From the NCBI GenBank assembly GCA_949358305.1, contig OX442314.1, positions 11,904,001-11,968,000 on the forward strand: 64,000 bases of DNA, in the 5' to 3' direction. Below the pieces are notes generated by a model that saw only the letters and a program-made list of their open reading frames with translations, ran no database searches and had not been told where the DNA came from. The translations under genes and the position numbers were made by a program. Of the stretch, positions 50,582 through 63,891 are shown piece by piece. Within the stretch, counting starts at the first letter, position 1. Each line of letters begins with the position of its first letter. This DNA is from Strigamia acuminata. Its lineage: Eukaryota.

Positions 50582-51169
50582 CACCCTTCTTCATTGGGAA
50601 TTCGATAAAGGATAACTGAAACAAATGAAAGAAAGAATAAGCCTCTTTCTCTAAAACAAAATTTACGGAAGCAGTTTATTTTACTGGGCCACCTGATGTC
50701 GAAATGTTTCTACAATCCCAATATTTTGGTGTTAGTTTGACGTCCAATTTGGTTCGATTTCGGATTATAATTGATCAAAGTAAATTGTAAATATTCTTGT
50801 TTGGTGGTGTTTATTTTGTAGAATACATACCTTTGAATTTTTTATTCAGTACATTACAGAAGAAAAGAGTACTTTTTAAAAAATATACGTGTAAGTTAAA
50901 TACAAGTAAATAGTAGTACTTATGTAGTATTTTTTAAAGTGGAAAAATTGATTTACTGTTTTAAATAATTTATTTTTGCTGTTGAATTTTTTATATAGAC
51001 CATATACACAAGTATATATACATATTTAAATAACAGTTCTGCACTTGTTGAATGGCGGCGCACAGTTAACTACAACCAACAATCAGTAATTTCACTTTAC
51101 ACCGTTTACTCTCAACATAAGGATCTGAACTGTCTGAACGGCTCACCGTGTTGATCACCTGTTCACATT

Positions 51170-51250
51170 ATGTTCCCATTAGAACACAACAGCTAAACAG
51201 CAATTGGATCTAGTCAGTATTTGGATGGGTGACCGGCTGGGAAACAAGCG
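51170..51250 (+). pseudogene. Degenerate 5S rRNA-derived sequence (5S pseudogene or SINE3 head)
   Basis: AGCTAAACAG (box A-like) and TCAGTATTTGGATGGGTGACCGGCTGGGAA (box C region) resemble the 5S internal control region. Confidence 0.65.
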
Positions 51251-51685
51251 ACTAAGGACAACATTCCTGTCGCTCTCTCATTGGTCAAAATATCTGATTG
51301 TTGTCGGCACACAGGGCTGGACTGGGAGCAAATTTATGGCCGGGAAATCTGGGTGTCCGGGCCACAATTAATGAAGTCGGGACAGGCTACAGCCGGCTGC
51401 GACAGGCCACAGCGGCCACGGGCCAGTCCAGCACTGTCGGCACACTGTGCGTACTACCATAGCCCCATAGTGCTCATTTCCCCATCACATTAGAAAAACC
51501 AGTTAAGGTGAGGTTCGCGGGGGGGGGGGGGGGGGGTCGCTAGCCCCCCTTGTTAGGAAAAAAAGAAGAAAAACCCTAGAACACCCCAATATATCTAGAA
51601 ACTGGGGCAAGAACGGCATAAAATAATTAAAGCCAGCCAGTGTCACAATAGGCCACCACACAAAGCACAAATTAAATTAAATAAA

Positions 51686-52644
51686 GGCGGTGGCTATATC
51701 CACCCCCTTGGAGGGTGGAAATAGTTGGGTGGCTATTTCCACCCCCTTGGAGGGTGGAAATATATTGGTGGCTATTTTCACCCCCTTGGAGGGTGGAAAT
51801 ATATTGGTGGCTATTTTCACCCCCTTCGGCCGAATACATAATAATTTGAAAATTAGAATAACTTGCACATTTCAATGGAAAGTTTTGCCTTTTTAGGACA
51901 AATACTGATTATGTTACGTAGTTTCTACTATATAAATTGCATTTCATCAGAAAACTTTATATTTTTCTATGAAAAAATGCAATTTTGACAAAATAATTTT
52001 AATTTTGGCTTTATGAAGTCATTATATGAAAAAAAAAGTCGTTTTTACGGTAAAAAGTGACGTTTTTACGTTTAAAATGACGTTTTTACGTTTAAAATGA
52101 CGTTTTTACGTTTAAAATGACTTTTTTACATTTAAAATGACGTTTTTACATTTAAAATGTCATTTTTACATAAAAATTGCGGTTTTTACATTTAAAAAGC
52201 CATTTTTACATTAAAATTTGCGATTTTAACTGAATTTTTATAGCAAATTTGACTTTTTAAACATAACGACGACACAAAATGGCTTTTTTCTTCAATAAAA
52301 AAAACACTTTTCCACAATAAAATAACTTCTTCACCATAAAATAACTTCTCCACCATAAAATAACTTTTTTCACCGCAAATGTTTATTATTTTTTATTATT
52401 CCGTTATTCGGCAGAATACCGAATATTCAGCCACTGTATTCGGTTCCGAATATTCGGTATTCGGTTATTCGGCTTTTTTAATATTCGGTGCAACCCTATT
52501 AACAACTTACAATAACGTCAGTTTGAAGTTTTCAAATAACCAAAAAGTGGGTGGGATTAGCCAATCAAATGCTCTTCTCAAAAGGGGGTGAAAATAGCCC
52601 AGGGGCTATTTTCACCCTCTAAGGGGGTGGATATAGACACTCCG
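51686..52644. mobile_element. Non-autonomous Mutator-like element with internal minisatellites
   Basis: 9-bp TSD TTAAATAAA at 51677-51685 and 52645-52653; imperfect TIR ...CTATATCCACCCCCTT; 39-bp subterminal repeats, 20-bp and 19-bp tandem arrays, and a hAT-like end (GGTGCAACCCTA) near 52498. Confidence 0.75.
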
Positions 52645-54846
52645 TTAAATAAAACCTATAAATGCATTTACAAAATTTAGCCAGCTGTTGATCCATACTG
52701 GCCGCCAGGGAAACCAGCGCATGCGCAGACATCATCACGTGTCACGATTTACCTTGGCCTTGCTGTCTGTATAATCTGTTCTCATCCTTGTCTGATTAAG
52801 ATAATTGTTTCTATGTTTCTATGGCAAGGCCTTCTGCCACTCGCCTCCAACTGGATTGTTTGTGGTTTTCCCAGCTCTCGGTGCAAATAAAAGGTGGATA
52901 TGAAATCATTTGTCATGATTAATTTAGATGTAGTTAATACAATATAACAAAATTCGCGCGGGGTGGTGAACTTAGCGCAAATAGTTGGGCAGAGGTTCGT
53001 GGATTTTCCTTAAAGATGGCCACCGTCAAATAAGGACATCATGTGGTTAAGGAGATCCGAGCTCGCGGTGACTCAACATCATTTATATTGGACAGAATCG
53101 TACTCACGTTTGGCTTTTAAAGTAAAATAAGTAGATTGCGCACGTATAATTATTCACACAAGGGGTGAAGAATGTCTACAGGCATGTTCAATAAAATGCA
53201 GGCTCTTAAGCGGCACGATAGGGCTATTTTAAGATGGAAGTTGAGCTTGTGAGGGCGCGAAAAGAAAAAGCGGGTGACGTTCTCTAGCTACCTCTAAAAG
53301 GTTAAACCCGATCGAAGGTAGGAAGAGAAGTGCTTTTGTAAAGCAGAAATGCTATTAAGTCAATTTGATCACAGTTGATCGGGGTGAAAGGTAGAAATAA
53401 AAAGTAATTGTTGAAAATAATGAAATGCGTTGCGCATACATTTGGAGAGATGAATCAGCAAACTCAAAGAGAACGAAAATAATAAAGATAGGAAAAAAAT
53501 ACAGATGGATAATTCTAAATTAAAAAATAGGGTACGTAGCATGCCCGTGACATTTTGACGATTCTACTTTTAGGCTAAATTATTGGCCAAATAAACGAGA
53601 TAGATAAAATAGGTCGGAACAAGACATTACTAATTCTAGCAACAACCTGACCGAGATAAGCTACGGAATGCACGCTAAGTGAACAAATAATGGAATGATA
53701 ACTAACTTACAGTTTTACATGCTTTTTAAGAGATACAACTGGATCTGGGTTCTACGCTTGTGTAAACGGGTGGCATCAACTGGTTGAGGATCCGGGCGAA
53801 GCCAGAGGGATAGGGCTGACTTGCGGCATCGTCACAACGAACGCTACGGAGACGTATACGGTTCTGTGGCACGAATAACTATGAATGCGAAGAATCCTTA
53901 AACGTTCTAAATCTATAAAGAAAATATAACAAATAATTGTTATATGTTTATTTTATGGGCGGGGACAGTCACGATGGTTGAGAGAACCATCGATGGAAAT
54001 TTTGGCGCTTCCATCCGCCAGCATGCCTTACGATGACGAGATCTCATGATCAAGCACCGAGTATTTGTTTGTGCACGACAAAGTCGCTATGGGTGGTACC
54101 AACCACCGGGTAAACATTCTTTGAGATTACCAATACCCAAGTATTTGTTCAGTGCAATGTTAATACATTACTCACGGGCTACCAACCCGGTATATCGCCT
54201 GTAGATTGGCCCTTAACCGTCTATTACTACGGAAGGACCCACAAGTCAACTTATTGACAAGACCTGAGTTGATGTTTCACTGACTGGGGACACAACAGAT
54301 TCCCCAAACACAGAAGGACCCTGAGTAGTCACTTCACGGACTGCAGACACGCCTGTCCTAACACAGAAGGACCACAAGTTACGTACGTAACTGACCCTGA
54401 GTCTGCCTTTTACATCAACCACCCATACTTCTGTCGAAGTAGTTAGTTGATGGGCCTATTTACAACTGGCAAGGCCCATCATGCAGATACATTACATTAT
54501 GCCACCGTATGAAATCTCCCTATCCTTTAAGATAGCGAGCTAATCACTAGGGACCATTTGATTACCGGCGTTAGTCTTCCAGGATTAATGATACAACAAA
54601 GAATAACTCAATAGTAAGAATACGTATTGGATAAGACAACGAGGGGGCCTGATGTGTCGATGGAGAAAGAGAGAGATCAAACGATAACCAACAATACAAT
54701 ACAAACACACAATATTTCAATATTTAAACCAAGCCAAAGCGCGGGTTAGAAACCAGAGCTTATATAGTTCTTTAGAACTATAGGATTAGTGATAGCCAAT
54801 CAGATACGAGAATCTAGGATTCGTAGGACATTTTAGTCCCGACCTA

Positions 54847-55246
54847 CCGTCTTCACCCGAATAGTACTGGGTCGTGTTGTATTCGAGTTTTCCCAAAAAT
54901 CGCGAATTTATAAAAATTGTTAAAAAATTCGAATATAACACCATCGTGTTGTATTCGAATACAACACGATGGTGTTATGTTCGAATTCAGATTCTAATTC
55001 AGATTTTGTACTAAAATATTGAAAAATTATAACAACAATATTAATGGGAGAAAAATCTTTGCAAATTCAAAGGTTTCAGATACATATATATGGCCAAGAA
55101 ACATTATGTTTCTACGACGTTCAATCGAAAAACGTTGTTACTACAACGTTTTTTGAAAAATTTAAGTTGTTACTTTTGGTTCGAATATAACACCATGGTG
55201 TTATATTCGAATACAACACGACCCAGTACTATTCGGGTGAAGACGG
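54847..55246. mobile_element. pogo/Tigger-type MITE
   Basis: About 40-bp perfect TIR CCGTCTTCACCCGAATAGTACTGGGTCGTGTTGTATTCGA; TA on the left, AA on the right. Confidence 0.8.
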
Positions 55247-55344
55247 AAGTAGAAGACTGGGTCCAGAAGAGTCCGATTGGTTTTCTTCAACAAGTAAGTA
55301 TAACACATGATATTGATTCATTAGAATCAATAATTTGCCAAATA

Positions 55345-55919
55345 CCGTACTGCCTCGATCTAACGCCGGTCGTATCTAAACGCCGGCTCTTGATTAAGCG
55401 CCGGGCAAACTAACAACGAAAAGGCAATAAACGCCGGCCTTAAATAAACGTCGGGTCCGTATAAACGCCGGGTTTAAACATATTTTAAAACGTTTTGATT
55501 ACGTTTGTTATGTAACATGCGCATTACGTTCGGTATGAATGTACCGTATGTATATAAGACGCCTGTTTTGCTTTACAACTTCATTCGGCCAGCGATATGG
55601 CTCCAACTGGAAGTAAAAAACGATCCTAGAATATGAAATCAGCAAAAAAATAGATGCTGCTACGATTGTTAGCACTACTAATGCAGGTGCCTTCTCAATT
55701 TGTGATGATTTGTTAGCTAAATGGAAGTCGTCAGATGTTTGAAACATAATGAATAAAAATAAAAAATCTTTCTACAAAAGTTAATTCTGCATATGAGATT
55801 TACAACTTTTTTTCCGGGTAGACGCCCGGCGCAAATAATCGCCGGGCTTTGAATAAATGCCGGGGAGGTCAGCTAGAAAAAATGAATAAACGCCCCGGCT
55901 TTAAATCGAGGCAGTACGG
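55345..55919. mobile_element. pogo/Tigger-type MITE
   Basis: TIR CCGTACTGCCTCGAT...ATCGAGGCAGTACGG, TA TSD, subterminal TAAACGCCGG repeats. Confidence 0.85.
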
Positions 55920-56093
55920 TACCGTAATACTTTATTTAAATCAATAAATAATACTCCGTATATATTTATTCGTTGAGTTATAATAATCATTAAAACTCTT
56001 ATTTCTCATATTTGAACTACCCGCGCTAAATGGATAACGCCATCTAGTGTGAACATTAGTAATTACGATTTTATAACCGTCACAACACAATAT

Positions 56094-56956
56094 TAGCTGC
56101 ATTCAAAAATTAAAACATCGTTTTAGTTCAATTTTAAAACAAAAATGGCATCATTTCCTGTCTATAAAACTCAAATTGGTAAAAATACAAACTAACATAC
56201 AATTTTACTAAACTCTATTTTACTTCAATTTTAAGTGCAGTTATGCATTACATTTGTGTACAAAGTTTTGTTAAAATTGAAGCAAAATTAAATTAAAATC
56301 GAAGCACTCAAAAATTAAAATTTTATCTGTATTTACATGACATCACTTCACAACTTAAGACATCACTTCCTGTTTTATTTTAAAATTTTGTGCCACACAC
56401 ACATAAAACATAAATACAAAAATTTTGAATTTCAATTTCTGAAGAATTTTCATGAAAATAGGTAACTCACATGTGAACATGTATCTTTAATTTTATACCA
56501 TTTTTATTCAAACCATAAAATTTGATATTTTTTTTAACTAAGATTGATAATAAATATTACTTACATGCTTTATTTATTAATTTCTTCTTTCTTTCTCCAT
56601 GTCATATCCAATGACTTCATCTTTGAATTGATGCTATCAATGACCTCTGGTGCCAGTTGGTCATACTCTTTTAAAATTTCTACCTCCCTTCTATCAGCAA
56701 GGCATAAAAATTTTAAATCCCACTAAAAATAATAACATTCCAACAATTCATACTTCTTTCTAATCACTTGAAGAGTATTATATGCTACATTTTGGTATTG
56801 ATTACACATCAGGTGATCAATGATGTCATGTAAAAGTTATCACATATTATCAATTTTCTAAAATAGAGTTAAAATTCTCACACTCAAAATTTAAACTTAA
56901 AATACGCTTAAACTAAAATTGTTAAAACACAAATATTTAATTTTTGAATGCAGCTA
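56094..56956. mobile_element. Non-autonomous TIR element (short sister copy at 57301-57450), possibly PIF/Harbinger-derived
   Basis: TIR TAGCTGCATTCAAAAATTAAA in both copies; superfamily assignment is tentative. Confidence 0.65.
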
Positions 56957-57743
56957 GTAAAATATAGAATTTTAATGTTTGTTAGCATATGGTGTATAAT
57001 CACACGAGACTTGGATAAATAATTACTTAATTACAACAGAATGAGCCGTAATTTGCATGTTTTGCAAAGAAATAATAACGATTTTGAAAATCGTTATCAG
57101 CACATGACCTTTTGACTGCAAAACAGTAATTTTTATTCATATAAACAAAACTTCCACGTAAAAAGTCAATTTTGATGAAATGATTATAGTCTTAGCATAC
57201 TGTATGTATAAAATTACAGTTGGTCAGTTACCATAATCCATTTTGCTAAGACTACTGTCAACACCTGCCAGTAAGACTTCTTGAGTTTAAATACACAAAT
57301 AACAGTAGCTGCATTCAAAAACTAAAATATTTTGTCTTTTACTTCAATTTTAAACCAAAAATGACATCATTTCCTGTTTAAACCCATGTTAAAACTTAAA
57401 ATACACTCAAACTAAAATTGTTATTTTAATTTTTGAATGCAGCTACTGTTTAAAATATTATTTTTTAAATTTTGGCCATTTTTCTTATGTTATCAATTCT
57501 GAAACAAACTGACATTTCCTAGTACACTTCTCAATTCTTTTAAAGCATGCTGACATTTCAATTTAAATTTTCGATTTGAATTTTTTTGCCAGAATTTCTG
57601 CTTCTCCTTATACAGATTGTCTTAAATCTTCTCTGGCGAAAGGTATATCTTTAGATTAGAAAATTCAAGAGGAAAACACAAGCTTAATTGATTAGCTGAC
57701 GTGCTTAGTTAATCCTCACAGCATATAAAGACACTATACCAAA

Positions 57744-60700
57744 ATGAAGGAGTTAGAAAGTTTGCATTTGCGTCGTAGTCTTATTCGGCATTTTGTAAGG
57801 CAAGAAATGCAAACTTCTATATCTGACAACGATAGTTTAAAATTTATCGACAATGCTTTCAACAAGAAAAACAGCCATGCACTTCAAACAGTTTGGTTGG
57901 TTGGTTTGATTGTTTGTTTCACCGTCTGTTGTTATCAAACAATTGAAAGAATTCAATACTATTTTCATGGACATTTCAAAGTTGAGATCGAGTATGTTCC
58001 AATTGCAGAAAAGGAACCATTTGAATTGCTTCTGTTTGGTCTGGATACCCAATTATTGTCAGAGTACTGGAAGCAAATTGATGAAAGACCCATGGGTAGT
58101 CTAACAAAACGCCTAGCATGTCCTCTTGCAGTGAAAGGGATCATACATGAGGAAGTGAAAGTGGAAAACTATACACAATTATGGTCGCAATCCAACATTT
58201 CCAAAAATTTCCAACACTTCAGAGTTAAACAGGTATGTCTTTAATCTATACTATCTTTTTTACTAAGTGTTTGATTTAATATGGGTGATTAGGATTGTTA
58301 TCAGCTTGGATTCCTTTCACTAGGATTGTTACCGTTAACAATGTCTAAAATAAAAAGTGGGTGAAAATGCTACTATTTGGTATTCAGCCGAATAGTACCA
58401 GATATTCGGGCCAAATATTCGGCAACCAAATACTGGCATTTACTATTCGGCCGAATAGTGTCATTTTAGGCCGAATATTCGGTGCATCCCAAAAAAACTT
58501 TTGATTAACTTATCCTTTATAGTAATTAAATTGTATACTACAATGACATTGAATTTATATTATATTTATTTAAATTATATTTATTTCAGGGCAAGACTGT
58601 ACTGCATGAAACTTCAATGGCAAACGGAATTTATGAAAAGGAAGAAACTACTATTTCATTCAAATATAAAAATACCGTATTTGGAAATATGCTGATCATT
58701 AGACCTGGTTAAAGAAAGTTAATGTTTATTTCCATTACTAATAAAATTTTCTCAATTTTCATTTAGATATCAAATTAGCCCAAAATATGGCATTTCATGT
58801 CCGTTTTAAAAAAAATGGATCATGTATCAATCCATTTATTGGTGTAAGCATTTTCTTTTCAAATTATTTTAATTTCAGTATAAATCCGTTTTTTGAATTT
58901 AGGCAGCGCTCAAAGCTAGTGTCATGCCATATCAATATACCGCAGCAATGAAAGTGGGAATACAGACTGAACTACAATATTTTTTTCGAAAAGTAGGTGA
59001 AACAACCAATGAAGCATACTGCATAGCTTTTTTAACTTTTCCCACTTGCGACTCCTTTTCGCCCATGTAATTTTTAGAATAACCCCGCCTATACAGGGTG
59101 TATCAGAATTCACGTTACACAGAAATAGGCGGTGTAGAGGGGGACCAGGAGATCACATTTCCACTAATCAAAAATTCCAAAAAAGATTTCCCAATTAGTC
59201 ACAGCCCCAAAAACAATGGAAGATTTCAAATATCGCGCGTCACGCATATGGGCCGCTGTACTGGGCGCGACATTCCTAGGGTCGACATTGCGCTTCGAAA
59301 TGCGTACGTTATTTCGAAGCGCGACTGTCGACCTTCGACATACAAAATGTACTTCGAAGCGCGACATAATAGCAGTACTAAGTAGGCTTTATTTCGAAGC
59401 GCGACTGTCGCGTCTGGAAATGCGTAAGAGATTTCGAAGCGCGACTGTCGACCTTCGACATACGGAAGAGATTTCGAAGAGCAACATGACATTTTTTTTT
59501 AATTGTTAAATAATTGTTTTAATAATAATAAGTTTTTATTTTAATAAGTGTTCTTAAATTGTGGTCTCTACATAAAAATACGCAGTGTAGTCTCCACATT
59601 TGCTCTGCAGTAGGGGCACGTAGGAGTTCCCCTGTCTCTGCGCGCATCGTTAATCACACGCGCTACAGGCTGAACAGAAGTACTCGTGAGCACAGGGCAA
59701 CATGGCCGTAGTTCTCTCCGCCAGTAGGCAGACAACACACTGGCCATGTTGTTCCCTGGGCGGGTTATCATTGTCCTCTTCCTCATCCACAACGGCTTCG
59801 ACCACCTCAGTGGCCACAACATTGGCACGACGGGTAGCAACGCGCTCAGCGGCCCGTTGGCCGTGAACCGTAGTGCCAAACCGCGGTGTCACGCACATCA
59901 TTCGGACTTCATCATGCGGTACTTCTCGGCGACTCTTACTACACGCCGGTCAGTAAGAGCGTATTTCAATGCACGCTCGCGACGGGAGAGGACACCTCCG
60001 AGCAGTTGAGTGTGTTCCCTGAGTGTGTTGCCTGTTCCATGGCCCTGAATGTGTCTACAAAAACCCACACATTTGGGTGTGCTATACTCAGCTTACGGTG
60101 CAGAGATGAATGGAACGATTCAACGGCGTTGTTGGTCCGCCTCACCTGCCCAAAAACAGAGAGGCGCTCGGCACCAACTTGTCCAATCCAGGTCTCCTCG
60201 ACGTAATACAGGAACAGGTACAGCTTCCGATTTATGACATCACTCAGGTTGGTACAACAAAACTCCTCATGTATCGCATCAAAACCATCAAACCACCTCA
60301 ACAGCGCCTCATAGGAAATCTGGGTTTTCCCTGTCATGAAGGCGTAAACGATGGGGAAAACAACGCCATTGCTTTCGAAAAACACCCTGACAAGTTGGTA
60401 AAACATCTCCGGTGCTACTGAGAAGGTGCCATCCATCATGAAGGTTGTCGCGTTTAGCTATTACCAACCTAGGAATGTCGCGCCCCGTACGCATCACCAC
60501 GCATATCGCCCACATTTGCCAGGTTGAAGCGCAATTCTCAAATAAAATCACACAAATGAATTATTTTAATGCTAAAGAATCACAAAAACACCCAAAATCC
60601 GGGAAAACTACAACAAATCTTTAACAGAGTCAGAATGAATTTCGTCGCTACCAGCTATGCATTGATGCACATGGTGGACATGTAGAGTATCTTTTGTAAT

Positions 60701-63700
60701 AAACTTCTGCTGTTGGCTACCAATTGTATGTTTTTATTTGAGAATTGCGCTTTAAGCTAGCAAACGTGGGCGATGTGCGTGACGCGCGATATTTGAAATC
60801 GTCTATTGTTTTTAAGGCTGCGACTAAATGGGAATTTTTTTTTGAAATTTTTGATTAGTGGAAACGTGATCTCCTGGTCCCCCTCTATACCTCCTATTTC
60901 TGTGTAACATGAATTCTGATACACCCTTTATAGGCATACACAGTGTTGCCAAAGTTTTCATCACCATATTCATTTATGCGACCCCAAATGAGGTCGCGAC
61001 CCACAGTAAAAGCACTTCTGGTCTATCCGAAGCGGTTTGGCATCCCCTTAGTTTGCCAACCCAAGCACCTACTCGCTCAGGCTGTGCCTGGCGGCAACTC
61101 TACTCCAGTGATAGGCCTTACATACAACACCAAAAATTGAGTGATTGCCAATATCTTGTTCAATATTGAGTTATTCGTGTCTGCAGCACCAATTGCTAAA
61201 CCAACTACAAATTACTCACATAGTGGTGAATCTCACTCGGCTTACATGAATTAAAATATGTGAAATGGTTTAAATTGCCTCCTCAAAATAAATGATACAC
61301 TGTAGTACCTAATATTTCGGTTTTATTTTTTCCACGTAAGATTAGGAATAGTAATACTATGTTTCTTTCTGGTAGTATCAATTTTTACCCACTAGAAGTC
61401 CTTTTTGCGAGTTGAACAAGAAAAAACAAATGCAATGTTATGAAGAATGTGTGGCAAAACAAACACAATTAAATCATCCAAAATGCAGGTAAAAATTCGT
61501 CATACAAAGTAAACCATTAAATATTGTACACTAACAGGCTTTTAAATTAGGTTGCCCTACATGAAAGATAAAAATCTGCCAGATTGCGGTTTAGAACTGG
61601 ACAAACAAATTGTGGCTAAGGTGCATGAAGACTCCTTCATTCGTGAAGTATCTACATTGCCATCATTAGAATGTGGTTGCTTGAGACCTTGTCAAAGCAA
61701 TGTTTATCTCCTTATAATACACAGCGATGATCGTTAAGCTAATTTAAACCATGTTCATACATAATAAACAATAATTCATCTCTGTTAGGTTTTGAAGATG
61801 TTCAAAATGGCAAAGAATTTTTAAGCATTCACATTACAGTGTTGGAAGACACATTTATCAAAATGACAGAAATCTACATTTACCCAATTTCTAACTTGCT
61901 GAGAGACTTTGGGGGCAATTTGGGATTCTCCGTCGGATTTTCTCTTCTCTCTATAATTGAAATTGCACAGTTTGTTCTGCTCCTTTTGTATAAATATTTC
62001 AAACCTAGTCCACTTGAAACTCGCATCAAGAAAAAAATTATCAATCAAATGCATTTGGCAATTCAAAAAAAAAATGCAATTGCAGATTCACAGAGAGAGA
62101 TATTGCAGCTAAAAGAAAAACCTGTCTTGCAACACCTATTCTATTTAATTCTTATATTTATTTCTGTCCTACTAGCATTCTATGTTAGCACAGAGAGAAT
62201 ATCATTTTATCTGACTGAACCAACAAGATTTGTAGTAATTATTCAAGAAAATAACACACTTTATTTGCCTAATGTAATTGCATGTATGGATGGATCCCTG
62301 ATGATTCACTACAGGAGAAAATACGCCAAAAATATAGGCACGAATGAATGCAAGATCAATTTTATCAATTTAATGAATATGCCACTCCAAGGAAAAAATA
62401 TATCAATAGAGAATGTATGGAGACTTCAAACTCCTGTAGTGGACACTGCTAATATGGAAATAGCTAAGAAAGTAAGTTTTAGATCAAATCATTTTCTAGT
62501 TAAGATGGCTGGTTATTCAAAATTAAACAGTACAAAACAGCATTGAAAGATCATTTGGCTGACAAGTGAGTTATTGAGCATTACTCAAACCATGTATAAT
62601 TTAAAATGAAGTAACAGGTCGTCTACATCAGGGTTTCTTAAACTTTTCCACTCTTTACCACTTTTTCAACCTGATGCACCCCTGTTGCATTTCCGATTCA
62701 TTGTATTGAAATTTTGTAATAACGAAAGTTCGTTACATAGAAATAATTCATAATAGGAAAAGTAACGGGATTTCACCTAAAAACTTCATGTTTGTAAATG
62801 TTTTTCAGATAACTAGCATAAAAACTAATGTATCTTGGCATAAAAAACCTATGCACACTGGAACATGCTTCGAATCTGATATCGGTACTGTAGTTTCAAA
62901 TTTAGTCAACTATCTAAAATTAAATGGTCATAATTTTTCTCAGCTCCAGTGAAATATGCCGGGACTGCCGCAGTAATATTTTTCGGTTTTTTGCCAAACA
63001 GAGATAAAACCTGCAAGACAGACATGTACGAAGTAATGTATCAATTTTGTAAATAAAATACGCTAAATGACGTATATAATCATCCATTTCTGTACATATG
63101 CCAGCAAAAATTGTTGTAAACAATTAATTTCTACTTTTAGATATACTTGAAACAAGGTGAAGGAAAATTACCATCAATTCTCAGAAGTAGAAGAAATATT
63201 AAACAAAACACATTCACCGTGCTTACATTCAAAATGCTAAACGCAAGTGCCTAAATAATTAGAAATTAAAAATAAAATATTAATAAATTATTTTAATTCA
63301 GAACATTCGATTGAACTTGCATTCGCAACCTTGCCTCGACCCCGACAAATACAAAAGATGTCAGGATGATTGTTACCGCAAAAAGATATATAATATCATC
63401 CCGTGCAAGTGCGTTATAAAAAGAATTGAAAAGACTCTGGTTTTTCTTTGTATACTTGCAAATGCAACATAGTTAAATATTTGTTACAATGTGCTTCATA
63501 CATTTCCATATTTTATATTTTTAGGTTACCATTTTTGGACAACATAAACAAGGATAACTGTACCAATGCAAAAGATGCCCTAACCTCAATGGCATTGTTC
63601 ATGAACAGTTCCTTCAAAATTGATTTAATGAAAGATTGTGGGTGTCACCAACCTTGTGAAGAATCAGTGTTCGACACCTTTGTCTACTTTCAACATCCTG

Positions 63701-63891
63701 AATCATGGTCACTCAGAGTTCTCGCCATAATTCCAATGAATAATATAATAGAAGAGATTACGCAAATATTATCCTATAATGGAGTTGCACTGTGCTGCGA
63801 TATTGGAAATTGTTTTGCACTAATGCTCGGTCTTTCTATTCTTGCAATTCCAGAACTCTTGCAGAAGTTTTTTTTCCAATACTTAAATTGA
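57744..63891 (+). CDS. DEG/ENaC (pickpocket/ASIC-like) channel gene apparently encoding two tandem subunits
   Basis: Unit 1: TM1 VWLVGLIVCFTVCCYQTIERIQYY, Cys-rich CYEEC...CRLPY...CGCLRPC, TM2 DFGGNLGFSVGFSLLSIIE. Unit 2: TM1 ...ERISFYLTEPT, LPNVIAC, CQDDC...LPF...CGCHQPC, TM2 DIGNCFALMLGLSILAIPE. Confidence 0.82.
59094..60928. mobile_element. Intronic DNA element with Tc1/mariner-type ends carrying MULE transposase and RING remnants
   Basis: About 150-bp TIRs starting CAGGGTGTATCAGAATTCA, TA flanks, subterminal repeats at 59300-59480. Confidence 0.85.
59568..60439 (-). pseudogene. Internally deleted MULE transposase fragment followed by a frameshifted C3HC4 RING finger
   Basis: MDGTFSVAPEMFYQL and RTNNAVESFH MULE motifs; CVVCL...LPCAHEYFCSAC and, in another frame, TCPYCRANVETTLRIF. 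Confidence 0.8.

Larger units (their letters stand above)
52740..56084 (-). mobile_element. Probable solo or degenerate LTR carrying nested MITEs; left boundary uncertain
   Basis: Minus strand begins TGTGAC...TAGATGGCG like the 8975 LTR; TATATAA on minus near 54765; no matching TSD found. Confidence 0.4.

Noticed and set aside
52740..53552. TGTCACG...CGTGACA as a separate solo LTR
   Set aside because: Flanks do not form a target-site duplication
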